Shown here piece by piece: positions 52,743-61,940 of a stretch of DNA of 64,000 nt (position 1 is the stretch's first letter; each line of letters begins with the position of its first letter). Below the pieces are notes generated by a model, which was not told the DNA's origin, searched no databases, and saw only the letters and a program-made list of their open reading frames with translations. The DNA is taken from contig JBCBJQ010000013.1 in assembly GCA_038523235.1 (NCBI GenBank), positions 27,915 to 91,914 of the forward strand, given 5' to 3'. Origin of the DNA: Cyanobacteria bacterium J06626_4. Lineage in GTDB: Bacteria; Cyanobacteriota; Cyanobacteriia; Phormidesmidales; Phormidesmidaceae. The position numbers and the translations under genes were made by a program.

Positions 52743-53687
52743 ATGAGTATTGAATTTGAAGCTGCTGAAGCACTACGACATATCGCACTTGATGAAACAG
52801 TCAAGTCATATGTTCTTCAGCATCCACCGCTTTATCAAAGCTTACGGCCCGCAGCAATGCGTTTTATTGGCGGTGAAACCTTGAATCAATGCGTCGAGAT
52901 CACAAAATCTCTAAACCAACAGGGACATGCTGTCACGATTGATTTCATGGGCGAAAGCACTCGCGATGCTTCGTTGGCAGCACAAGCCACCCAAGAATTT
53001 CTCAACGTCACTCAGGCAATTGCAGAGCAAGATCTGGATGCTTCCCTCTCTTTGGATTTGTCCCACATTGGCATGGTCGTTGATCCAGAACTCGGTTACA
53101 GAAACGCTTGCACCCTAGCCGCCGCCAGCGAACAGGCCGGTCTAGAAATGATGATCAGCATGGAAAGTACGGATCGAACCGACCTGATCTTAGAAACTCA
53201 TCAGCGTTTGTGTGAGCAATTTAGAAACGTTGGTATTACGCTACAGGCTTACTTATATCGAACCTCTGACGATCTGTTGGCGGCTTTGCAGCGACCAGGC
53301 AAAATTCGGCTCGTTAAAGGTGCCTATAAAGCTCCACAAAGTCTTGCCCGATCGCGAGACGCTGAACTCGATGCCGCCTACCGTCAGCTGATGAAGACCC
53401 TTTTCAAAAGCGGCCATTCCTGCTCAATTGCCACCCATGATCAATCTCTGCTGAGTGACGCCCAAAAATTCATTCAAGAACAAACCCTTGCTTCTGAAAA
53501 AATCGAATTTGAAATGCTACAGGGAGTCACTCCAGAACAATTAACAACCATGAGGGACCATGGATACCGCACCCGCGTTTACCTCCCTTATGGACAAGAA
53601 TGGCACTTATATCTCTGCAATCGTCTGGCTGAATATCCCCCTAATCTCTATCAAGCGATTGTGGATGTTGTGAACCCTGATGTTTGA
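52743..53687 (+). CDS. Monofunctional proline dehydrogenase family protein
   Basis: RFIGGE, DFMGE, LQAYLYRT, IRLVKGAY, IATHD, EFEMLQG, YLPYG. Confidence 0.88.
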   Translation: MSIEFEAAEALRHIALDETVKSYVLQHPPLYQSLRPAAMRFIGGETLNQCVEITKSLNQQGHAVTIDFMGESTRDASLAAQATQEFLNVTQAIAEQDLDASLSLDLSHIGMVVDPELGYRNACTLAAASEQAGLEMMISMESTDRTDLILETHQRLCEQFRNVGITLQAYLYRTSDDLLAALQRPGKIRLVKGAYKAPQSLARSRDAELDAAYRQLMKTLFKSGHSCSIATHDQSLLSDAQKFIQEQTLASEKIEFEMLQGVTPEQLTTMRDHGYRTRVYLPYGQEWHLYLCNRLAEYPPNLYQAIVDVVNPDV

Positions 53688-53805
53688 TGATGAGGGTCTG
53701 TACAATCGTTACAACAAACGGGTTACTGAGGCAGGATTAATCCATCTCTGGTCTGAAAGTCAGGGTGAACTCTTTCACCTGAGCTCGGTGGCAATTCTGG
53801 CAGAA

Positions 53806-56100
53806 CTATTCAGACTGATTTTGCACAACCAGTCTCAGATCTAAGGTCATTGGGGCCTCAGGATGCACCACTACGGGCGGCATCGAGCGCGGGACAGGGC
53901 CGATCGACAGCGGCACAAACCGTTCCTGCAGGCGCGATCGCGCTTCCTCAGGTGATTGTGGTAGCGTGACTTCGGCGGCGACTTCAGGCATCTGGGTGTG
54001 ATAGATCAGATCACCGAGACCCTGATTTTGGGCGACATTGATTACTTGAAAATGTAGCGGTGTCTGGGGCGCGATCGCCAAGTGGGAGACCGTTGCCGCC
54101 GCTGCGAACCCCACGGGCGATCGCGCCCGAAACCGCACCGCGCTCACATAACTCCCCGGATGCCCTGTCGCCCGCAGCGGCAGACGATAACCGTTGCATA
54201 GCACCGCATAACGTTCAGTCAGCGCGCCCTCGGGCAGGGATTCAGGCGTGACCCCAGTCAAAAATACCTGCAGCCGCTCCAACGAATTATCGACTGGCCG
54301 CGCCGTACCGCTGCCACCGGCATCGCCAATCACCGGCCATGGTTCCAGCGCCGTGCGCAACTCTAAGACTCCCCCTGGTGGCTGGCTGAGAGGCAGTTTG
54401 CCATTTTGCGGAAAGCGGCGCACCAAAAACGGCGTAAACCAGGATAGTTTGAACTCATAGCCCCCCACTCTCAGCTCTTGTAAAACGGCCTGCAAATCTT
54501 GCAGGAGATAGTGAGGCAGCAGCCAGCGATCGCGCAGTTCGGCCCCCCAGCGCTGCAGCGGTTGGGTGTAGGGATGCTGCCAAAACTGAGCCACCAGCGC
54601 GCGAATCAACAGCATTTGCAGCAGGCGCAGACCCGTGTGGGGTGGCATCTCAAAGCCTCGAAACTCTAGCAGCCCCAGCTGCAGGCGATCGTTGTAAATC
54701 GGGTACAGTTTATCGATGCACAGAGCCGTGCGGTGAGTGCTGCCCGCCACATCCTGCAACAGCGGGCTGAGTAGCCGGTCCATAACCTCAGGGGGTACGG
54801 CCTTACCTGGTGCGAGAGCCAGAAAGGCCATCTCTAACTCATACAGGCTGTCGTGACGCGCTTCGTCAACGCGAGGTGACTGGCTGGTGGGGCCAATGTA
54901 TTGACCGGCAAAAATGTAAGACAGGCTGGGGTGATGCTGCCAATAGGTCAAAAAACTGCGCAGCAAATCCGGTCGTCGCAGCAGGGGGCTCTGCTGGGGA
55001 GTGGCACCCCCGATGGTAATGTGCGCGCCGCCGCCAGTGCCCAGCAGCCGACCGTCGAGGCCATACTTTTCGCAAGAGAGGCCGCAGGCGATCGCCGCTT
55101 CGTCCAAACTGTGGTGCAGGTGCACCAGCTCATCCCAACTGGCTGCCGGGTGAATGTTGACCTCTAACACACCCGGATCCGGCGTAATTTTGAAGCCCTG
55201 AATGCCTTGATGATCCGGCGGGCCATAGCCCTCTAGAATCACTGGCTGGTCGAGTACTTCAGCCGTCGCTTCGATCGCAGTCAACACATCGGCATAGCTG
55301 CGGGCCGCAGCGATCGGCGGCAAAAAGACGTGCACCGTCCCCTGGCGCACCTCGACCACCAACGCCAGGCGAATGCTATCAGCTGCAGCGAGGGGCAGCA
55401 CCGGCTCGGGGCGAATGGGCGCACTCTCTAGCAGGGGGCAGGCTTCGGTCAGCCAGGTTGCGGTCTCTGCCAGCCTGTCGAGTGGCAGTCGCAGGGCCGC
55501 AGCTAAGTCGCCTGGGAGCAAGGTCATGCCCTGGTTAAACCCAGTCCAGCGGCAGCTTTGCCAAACGGGCTGTCCCGCCACCAGGGTCGTCAGCAGCGGT
55601 AAGACCCAAGCGGCTGGAGTCGCTGAGTCTGAGTCCTCTGGCTCACGGGCGGCGATCATCGCCTGGCGGGGAATCGCCAAGCAGGTCATGAGCTCGGTCA
55701 TAAAGGTTTTAGCCATTGACCGATCGCAGGGCGTGGTGGTGCCATCCTTAGCTAGCAGTGCCGCGTTCTGCCATAGCGGCACCTCATCTAATCGCCAAAA
55801 ACACCCTAAAGCCCAGCGCGGCGCGGCCTCACCCGGATACAGCTTGCCGAGCCCCTGATGGCGCATGCTGCCGGTCGGCCCCAAGTTGGCCTGCAGCCGT
55901 TCTAACAGCTGCCCGCCCAGATGTCGCTTATCTTCGCCCAAGGCGTCGTAGCGCCACTGCAGCGAGGTGCGATCGCGGGCTGACACGTAGGTCGGCTCCC
56001 CGCCCATGGTCAGCCCCACCCGTGCTTCGTTCAGCACCCGATCGACCTGTTGGCCCAGGGCATTAATGGCGGTCCATTGAGAGTGAGAAAAGGGCTGCAT
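53806..56100 (-). CDS. DUF2126 (putative amidoligase, transglutaminase-associated) protein
   Basis: LTMGGEPTYVS, GKLYPGE..PRW, TPDPGVLEVN, GTGGGAH, GPTSQSPRVDE, LLEFRGFEMPPH. Confidence 0.88.
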   Translation of the reverse strand: MQPFSHSQWTAINALGQQVDRVLNEARVGLTMGGEPTYVSARDRTSLQWRYDALGEDKRHLGGQLLERLQANLGPTGSMRHQGLGKLYPGEAAPRWALGCFWRLDEVPLWQNAALLAKDGTTTPCDRSMAKTFMTELMTCLAIPRQAMIAAREPEDSDSATPAAWVLPLLTTLVAGQPVWQSCRWTGFNQGMTLLPGDLAAALRLPLDRLAETATWLTEACPLLESAPIRPEPVLPLAAADSIRLALVVEVRQGTVHVFLPPIAAARSYADVLTAIEATAEVLDQPVILEGYGPPDHQGIQGFKITPDPGVLEVNIHPAASWDELVHLHHSLDEAAIACGLSCEKYGLDGRLLGTGGGAHITIGGATPQQSPLLRRPDLLRSFLTYWQHHPSLSYIFAGQYIGPTSQSPRVDEARHDSLYELEMAFLALAPGKAVPPEVMDRLLSPLLQDVAGSTHRTALCIDKLYPIYNDRLQLGLLEFRGFEMPPHTGLRLLQMLLIRALVAQFWQHPYTQPLQRWGAELRDRWLLPHYLLQDLQAVLQELRVGGYEFKLSWFTPFLVRRFPQNGKLPLSQPPGGVLELRTALEPWPVIGDAGGSGTARPVDNSLERLQVFLTGVTPESLPEGALTERYAVLCNGYRLPLRATGHPGSYVSAVRFRARSPVGFAAAATVSHLAIAPQTPLHFQVINVAQNQGLGDLIYHTQMPEVAAEVTLPQSPEEARSRLQERFVPLSIGPVPRSMPPVVVHPEAPMTLDLRLVVQNQSE

Positions 56101-56221
56101 AAATAATGAATGCGGATAGAGAGCCGGGCAGATCGACCGACTTTAGCTAACATTGCAGGGCTATCCTACGGCAGCACCGTCTGCCCCGCACAAAGTTTCT
56201 TTGGAATTTTAGGATTTTGCT

Positions 56222-57166
56222 GTGTCGCTGTCTAAACCGAAAGCCCCCCGTAATCGCACCCTGACGCTGACGGCAGCCGATCGCCACACCTATCAACGCC
56301 GGCTACAGCAATTGACTGGCCCCGCCCCACTGGCCACCGTGCTTAATCGCACCCTACATCAAGACTGCCTGACGGCGATCGCCCAGCTCCCCGCCCAAAG
56401 CGTTGATTTGCTGATGCTCGATCCGCCCTACAATCTACGCAAAAACTACAACGGTCACACCTTTCAATCGAGATCGCCAGCCGAGTACCAAGCCTGGTTT
56501 CAGTCGTGGCTGGTGCCGCTCAAAAGGATACTGAAGCCCACCGCCTCGCTGTATGTCTGTGCCGACTGGCAGTCCTCCGCCGTCATTTATCCTCTGCTGA
56601 CCGAGCATTTCACTGTGCGCAATCGCATTACTTGGGAACGCGAAAAAGGCCGCGGTGCACAAACTAACTGGAAGAATGCCTCTGAGGATATCTGGTTTTG
56701 CACCGTGTCTGACCGCTACACCTTTAACGTCGACGCGGTAAAGCTCAAGCGGCGTGTAATTGCCCCCTACCGAGATCGCCAGGGCAACCCTAAAGACTGG
56801 CAAGACACCCAACGGGGCCGCTTTCGGCTGACCCATCCCTCCAATTTGTGGACGGATATCTCAATTCCCTTTTGGTCCATGCCCGAAAATACCGAGCACC
56901 CCACCCAAAAGCCCGAAAAGCTGATCGCCAAACTGATTCTCGCCAGCACGGAGCCGGAAGCCGTGGTGCTCGATCCATTTTTGGGTTCGGGCACCACGTC
57001 CGTTGTGGCCAAAAAGCTCAATCGCCACTACATCGGCATCGAAGTCAATGAAGACTACTGCTGCCTGGCCGAAAAACGATTAGCCATCGCGGAGCACGAT
57101 CGCCACATTCAAGGCTATGCCGAAGGCTGCTTTTGGGAACGCAATTCAACCCCACCGAGATCGTGA
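56222..57166 (+). CDS. Amino (N4/N6) DNA methyltransferase, beta-class motif order, orphan
   Basis: DPPY precedes HPTQKPE and DPFLGSGTT. Confidence 0.92.
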   Translation: MSLSKPKAPRNRTLTLTAADRHTYQRRLQQLTGPAPLATVLNRTLHQDCLTAIAQLPAQSVDLLMLDPPYNLRKNYNGHTFQSRSPAEYQAWFQSWLVPLKRILKPTASLYVCADWQSSAVIYPLLTEHFTVRNRITWEREKGRGAQTNWKNASEDIWFCTVSDRYTFNVDAVKLKRRVIAPYRDRQGNPKDWQDTQRGRFRLTHPSNLWTDISIPFWSMPENTEHPTQKPEKLIAKLILASTEPEAVVLDPFLGSGTTSVVAKKLNRHYIGIEVNEDYCCLAEKRLAIAEHDRHIQGYAEGCFWERNSTPPRS

Positions 57167-57298
57167 AATGTCGCCCCTAGTCAATTGTCTTAGCTCAAAC
57201 AGCGGCAAATTTGCAGTCAAGCATTACGACGCCATTTGGCGACTCGTAACCGTTGAGGATAGGCTGACGAAGGAACTCTTGTATGGGGAAATGGCCGG

Positions 57299-57712
57299 AT
57301 GCGGTTACTAAAGAAAATTGCGGCGGGACTTTTACTGCTTTGCGGCCTACCCCTCACCCTCGCACTCACCATCCAGCTACTAGATCCCAACCTATCCTCA
57401 GAAGACAAAGAAGGCAGCGTTCCGGCCATCGTCTTATTTGGCCTACCGCCCATCGCGATCGCGGGCTGGTTAATTTACAGCCTGCGGCAGCAGCATGAAT
57501 CAGCCGAAAACAAGAGCGATCGCGCGATGGAGCAGCTGTTTCTCCAGGAACTGCAAGCCAATGGCGGCGTCATTAATCCCATTATTTTCGCGACGAAAGC
57601 GGGGCTATCGCTGGATGAAACCAAAAGCTATCTGGATGAAAAAGCCGTGCAGCTCAACGCCCTGTACGAAGCCACAGAGCAGGGCGGCGTAGAGTATCGG
57701 TTTCCGCTGTGA
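57299..57712 (+). CDS. Hypothetical two-TM membrane protein
   Basis: Two hydrophobic segments plus a small C-terminal domain ending GGVEYRF. Confidence 0.75.
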   Translation: MRLLKKIAAGLLLLCGLPLTLALTIQLLDPNLSSEDKEGSVPAIVLFGLPPIAIAGWLIYSLRQQHESAENKSDRAMEQLFLQELQANGGVINPIIFATKAGLSLDETKSYLDEKAVQLNALYEATEQGGVEYRFPL

Positions 57713-58196
57713 ATGCCGCCGCAGTTGAATGCGTCGGTCAACAGCAGTAAATACATGCTTCAGACACGGTCAGTAAGGCCGTAACGTCCTACGCTCACTG
57801 AACTTGCAGGTTGCTCTCCCCCCTGAGAAACTTGCCCAGAACCACGTGATCGCATCGCGATCAGGTGAGAACACCTGTCAAGAGACGGGTCAACTGCGAT
57901 CGCCTCAGCCATAACGATGGCGTCACACTCCCCCTTCACCCCAGACGAACACCACACCATCCCAGGAAAACCGGCGCAACCCCTGTAAAATCATCGCCAC
58001 CATGGCGGCAGCTAATCGCCTCAAACCTTAACCCCACAGCTCATCCACGAATATCCATAGAATTAAATCTATGATCTTTTTCATCGGTGGCTAACATTTC
58101 TTTGCCATTGAGAAAAATAGGCAGAACCCCTTACCGGCAACGGTTACAGCAAAACAGCGCGGCTTAAATTGCCGCCCAGCCTCTGATTTCCCCGCT

Positions 58197-58223
58197 TTTT
58201 ATTGAAAACTGGTTGCAATAAAA
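58197..58223. promoter_or_regulatory. Putative Fur-family binding site
   Basis: TTTTATTGAAAACTGGTTGCAATAAAA inverted repeat upstream of an operon encoding an FeS protein. Confidence 0.55.
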
Positions 58224-58455
58224 TTCGTGATTGGGTACTTTATTGTTAATGAAAGTCATTAAGTACAAGCTGACTGTCATTGCGATTATTGCCTGCAGCC
58301 CTGAAAGTCTGGGAGTACAACCGTTTCAGGCTTGCAGGTGGTTGGTTTAAGCCGTTTTAGCGCGGCAGCTGAGGGTGCAGCTTGATCAGAAGTATTCTCA
58401 CCTGCGATCGATGATTTCCCCTGGTCTGCCACATTCTTTACTCACTAAAGCTGAC

Positions 58456-58701
58456 ATGCACACGCTTGACTCAGACGCCACAATCCTGCACAACCTTGAC
58501 CCAATCGACCGGTGGAACGTGTTCCATCGCCTACAGGAGCTGTCCGTGCCCTGCCACTGCACCGCCGGTCAGCCCCTCACCGTCACTATTGATAGCCCCG
58601 CTACGGCCCTGCAGGTTTGGAGCGTTATTCGGCGTTTGACCCTGTCTCGTAGCGCGGCGATCGCCAGCTTAGAAACCTGTTGGAGGCAAGCCGTTTCATG
58701 A
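58456..58701 (+). CDS. Asr1405/Asl0597 family protein
   Basis: DRWNVFHRLQELSVPCHC, LQVWSV, LETCW; ATGA overlap with the next gene. Confidence 0.8.
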   Translation: MHTLDSDATILHNLDPIDRWNVFHRLQELSVPCHCTAGQPLTVTIDSPATALQVWSVIRRLTLSRSAAIASLETCWRQAVS

Positions 58702-59303
58702 TTGAATCGACGTCTGGAATTGATTGGGTCACCCAAGCCGAGTTGCAGCGCCCGGAAGGCACTGTGCTCAAAGGGCAGTTTGTCGATGTGCTGCGATCGA
58801 AAAAAGGCAAGCTCAAAGGCATTACCCTTCGCACCCCGGTGCAAGAATATGCCATCAAGCTGCCCAAATATTTACGCCCAGTCGTAGTGCGCGAGTTGGC
58901 TCCCCACGCCTTTGTGCAAGTGTGGGCCTACCGCGATGACGATCAGTGGCGCGGTATCAACATTTTGCCGCTGGCCGAAGCAGAGGCGATCGCCCTTAGA
59001 AATCTTTGGCAAGAGCTGCCGCCGCCGACCCCACCAGAGACCGTAGCTTCACCGCCTCAGCTCTGCGTGAAAGTGTGTAGCAAAGGCAAATGCTTTAAGC
59101 GGGGTGGGCGTCAGATTTTGCAAACCCTGCAGGCAGAAGTCGCTGCCAACCCCAACTTGAGTCACGTGTCGGTTAAAGGCGTGGGGTGCATGAGTGCTTG
59201 CAAACATGGGCCCAATCTGCAGCTCTCGACCTCTAAAAAAGTCATCAGCGGGGTGACTGCCACTAATGCGTTGCCGCTGATCGCTAAGCACTCAAAACGT
59301 TAG
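58698..59303 (+). CDS. Thioredoxin-like 2Fe-2S ferredoxin domain protein
   Basis: IKLPKYLR in the N-terminal domain; VCSKGKCFKRGG, GCMSACKHGPNL. Confidence 0.85.
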   Translation: MIESTSGIDWVTQAELQRPEGTVLKGQFVDVLRSKKGKLKGITLRTPVQEYAIKLPKYLRPVVVRELAPHAFVQVWAYRDDDQWRGINILPLAEAEAIALRNLWQELPPPTPPETVASPPQLCVKVCSKGKCFKRGGRQILQTLQAEVAANPNLSHVSVKGVGCMSACKHGPNLQLSTSKKVISGVTATNALPLIAKHSKR

Positions 59304-59440
59304 CAAGACTCGACCTAGAAGCGCTAATCCATTAGCCATTGGTTAGAACCTCTTCAGAATGATCGAATGGAGAGGATGAGGCCAGTCTATTTGCAGACAA
59401 GAAACCCATGAAAAGTTCAATTCAGCTAATTGATTCAAAT

Positions 59441-59481
59441 CAATTCCTGCACCCTCCTTAAAGGAGAAAATGCAGGAATTG
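59441..59481. terminator. Hairpin between convergent genes
   Basis: CAATTCCTGCA...TGCAGGAATTG. Confidence 0.55.
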
Positions 59482-59502
59482 TCATTGTCTCAGCTGCAGG
59501 TG

Positions 59503-60039
59503 TTACCAGCCGAGTTTGAGGCTGTCAGGAGTCAAGAAATGGTCAAGGTGATAGGCGCGCTCTTCGGTCTTGAGCAGAATTTGCTCTAGCAGATAACGGG
59601 TCGCGCGATCGCCCAAGCTCTCAGCCTGACTGGCTAGGCGCCGCAGCATTTCTATCACCGACTGCTCAGCCTTAAGGTCATGATCAATCATGATCCGGCA
59701 GCGGTAAACGTCATCGCCTTCGGGCGTAAAGCAGCACAGCTCTGACAACTTGCCAAAGGAAAGCGCGGGGACGCCGCCCAAACCGTGCAAGCGCTCACCG
59801 ATCTCATGGGCGTGCTCCTGCACTGCTTCATAGCTCTCAGCAAAATAATCATGGAGCATATGGTACTCAGACCCTTCCACCACAAAATGCTGTTTTTGGT
59901 ACTGCAAATAAAGTCCCATGAAGCTGGCGTAGGCAATTCCCAAGCCTTCGACAATGGGCTCAGTTACCGACTTCTCTAGCAGAACGGTATTATCAGCGAC
60001 TTCTCCATAGCTTTGCAGGTGCGTTTCAGTGATCGGCAT
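59503..60039 (-). CDS. dps: Dps/ferritin-like DNA starvation protection protein
   Basis: [43 protein letters not shown]. Confidence 0.92.
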   Translation of the reverse strand: MPITETHLQSYGEVADNTVLLEKSVTEPIVEGLGIAYASFMGLYLQYQKQHFVVEGSEYHMLHDYFAESYEAVQEHAHEIGERLHGLGGVPALSFGKLSELCCFTPEGDDVYRCRIMIDHDLKAEQSVIEMLRRLASQAESLGDRATRYLLEQILLKTEERAYHLDHFLTPDSLKLGW

Positions 60040-60234
60040 GTTTCCCCTCTTGAATAACTGGCAGTGAAACCTGAATGTGAGCGAACTCTAGCTGCTTCAG
60101 ATGCCTATAGAGTCTACCGTTCTTTTTTTGGATTTTCAAAAAGGCAAAAATTGATTGAGCTGAGAAAAATCTAGGTTCTCAAAAATTGAGAACACCATAG
60201 CGAAAACCATTGTCAACAAGTTTTTAAAGCGAAC

Positions 60235-60249
60235 TGAAAACGTTTTTCA
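60235..60249. promoter_or_regulatory. Palindromic Fur/PerR-type operator between dps and the Fur gene
   Basis: TGAAAA-cgt-TTTTCA in an AT-rich divergent promoter region. Confidence 0.5.
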
Positions 60250-60262
60250 ATAAGTCTTAGGA

Positions 60263-60742
60263 GTGATTATGAGCCTTGCTACCATGTCGTCCCCTCATTT
60301 TGTCTACGGCAGTCACCACCCTGAAGTGCTCAAAACGCTGCTCAATCAAGAAGGTTTTCGAATTACTCAGCAGCGGCATAAAATTCTTGAGGTTCTTAAT
60401 GCGGCTGCCGAAGGTGACCACCTCAGCGCGGAAGATATTCATCAAAAACTATTAGACCAAGGCGAAAAAATCGGCGTCTCAACGATTTATCGCACGCTAC
60501 ATCTGTTAGTTGATTTGGGCTTGTTGCGAGAGTTGGCGCTGTCAGAAGAGCGGAAATTTTATGAGTTGAGCAACCCCATGACGGTGGCTCATCATCACCT
60601 TATTTGTAGCCAATGTGGCTCAGTAAAAGAATTTGAAGACGCGGCGATTGTTTCGCTAGGGCAGGACGAAGCTCTGCGACAGGGATTTTCGCTGTTAGAT
60701 TGTCAGTTCACCGTTTACGGCATCTGTGAGCAATGTTCATGA
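60263..60742 (+). CDS. Fur family transcriptional regulator
   Basis: RITQQR, HLSAEDI, STIYRTL, HHHLICSQCG, CEQC. Confidence 0.93.
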   Translation: MIMSLATMSSPHFVYGSHHPEVLKTLLNQEGFRITQQRHKILEVLNAAAEGDHLSAEDIHQKLLDQGEKIGVSTIYRTLHLLVDLGLLRELALSEERKFYELSNPMTVAHHHLICSQCGSVKEFEDAAIVSLGQDEALRQGFSLLDCQFTVYGICEQCS

Positions 60743-60925
60743 ATCAGCAGACAATTTCCAGCCGCTAGTTCAAGATTTTTGAGGAGTTTGAGAGGTGGGC
60801 GATCGCGGAATCAGCCACTTTTGCTGATCGCGCTTAATTCCCTGAGCTAACGCTCAAAGTTCCCTTCCCCAGCTATCGGTATTATCCTTAAGGGCAGGAT
60901 GCACTTTGGGAGCAGGAGAGGGGAA

Positions 60926-61267
60926 ATGCCGACAGTCACCGCTCAGGGCAAAACGTTTAGCTGTGAGCCGGGGGCAAATCTGCGCCGGGTGCTGTTGCAG
61001 CAAGGGATTGATCTCTACAACGGGTCGGCCAAGGTAATCAACTGCCGCGGAGTCGGCACCTGCGGCACCTGCTCAGTGCACATTAGCGGCTCGGTCTCTA
61101 CACCCAACTGGCGCGATCGCGCCCGCCGTGCCCTACCGCCCCATCAGGCCAAGCGAGATTTGCGGTTGGCCTGTCAAACCCAAGTGATGGGCGATATTCG
61201 CGTGACTAAATATGATGAGTTTTGGGGACAGGGTACGGAACCCGTGTGGTCGCCCGAGCAGCCGTGA
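60926..61267 (+). CDS. 2Fe-2S ferredoxin-like protein
   Basis: NCRGVGTCGTC, RLACQT; AGGAG RBS. Confidence 0.9.
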   Translation: MPTVTAQGKTFSCEPGANLRRVLLQQGIDLYNGSAKVINCRGVGTCGTCSVHISGSVSTPNWRDRARRALPPHQAKRDLRLACQTQVMGDIRVTKYDEFWGQGTEPVWSPEQP

Positions 61268-61357
61268 TCATTTCAGCGATGCGCACTATGATTGGGTGAG
61301 CCATTACGCCCTTCCCTTTAAAGGGCGGGATCGTGCGTTTTCTGGAGGAATCTTTTG

Positions 61358-61717
61358 ATGAATCGGTATTTGGTTGCGCTGCTAGCTTTGCTGGGCCTTG
61401 TGGGCCTTTATAGCGTTATCAATCCACCGGATACTTCATCATCGACGGCAAATTCTGACGCCGACCCCGTGGTCACTGTTGACACCACTGGGCTCGAAGG
61501 CGCTGGCGCCAATGTGCTGCGGCAGACTTCGCCACTCGGGTTGGAACGCCTGGCCGCCATTCAGGTCGATGGTGCCGCGAGCGCGCCCGCAAATATTGCG
61601 TCTCCTGAGACCCCGGCTGCTCCCGCTACGACCCCACCCGTAGAACCTGAACCAGCACCGGCGCCCGAGGTGATTCCCGAAACTCCCCCACAAGAGCCGA
61701 TTCCGGCTTTGTGGTGA
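61358..61717 (+). CDS. Membrane-anchored Pro-rich hypothetical protein
   Basis: N-terminal hydrophobic segment, ends PIPALW; GGAGG RBS. Confidence 0.7.
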   Translation: MNRYLVALLALLGLVGLYSVINPPDTSSSTANSDADPVVTVDTTGLEGAGANVLRQTSPLGLERLAAIQVDGAASAPANIASPETPAAPATTPPVEPEPAPAPEVIPETPPQEPIPALW

Positions 61718-61940
61718 TGCCCAGAGCTGAACATTAAACTAATATCTCCCGACAATCGCGCGACTGCCAACGATGCCAACTGTTGGGTCTCAGCCGCGTC
61801 GCGATACCCCAAATCCAAATAATTTTCAGGGCGGCTTGAGTGTTGACGGCATAGCGGTCTTTTCATATAGCAGTCGTCGGAGAGGGCTAGAGTCGTCTAG
61901 GATTTAAACCAGCGCGACGTTTTTTAGTTAGGCAAGGTTA

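Noticed and set aside
57840..57945. TPP riboswitch-like words on the minus strand (GGGGTG, GGCTGAG, ACCC, ACCTGATC)
   Set aside because: Lacks CTGAGA and the P5/P1 closing motifs, spacing is wrong, and no minus-strand gene follows directly; an Rfam scan would settle it
61718..61940. TPP riboswitch upstream of thiOG
   Set aside because: Core CTGAGA and CCTGA..GG.TAAT motifs not found on the coding strand
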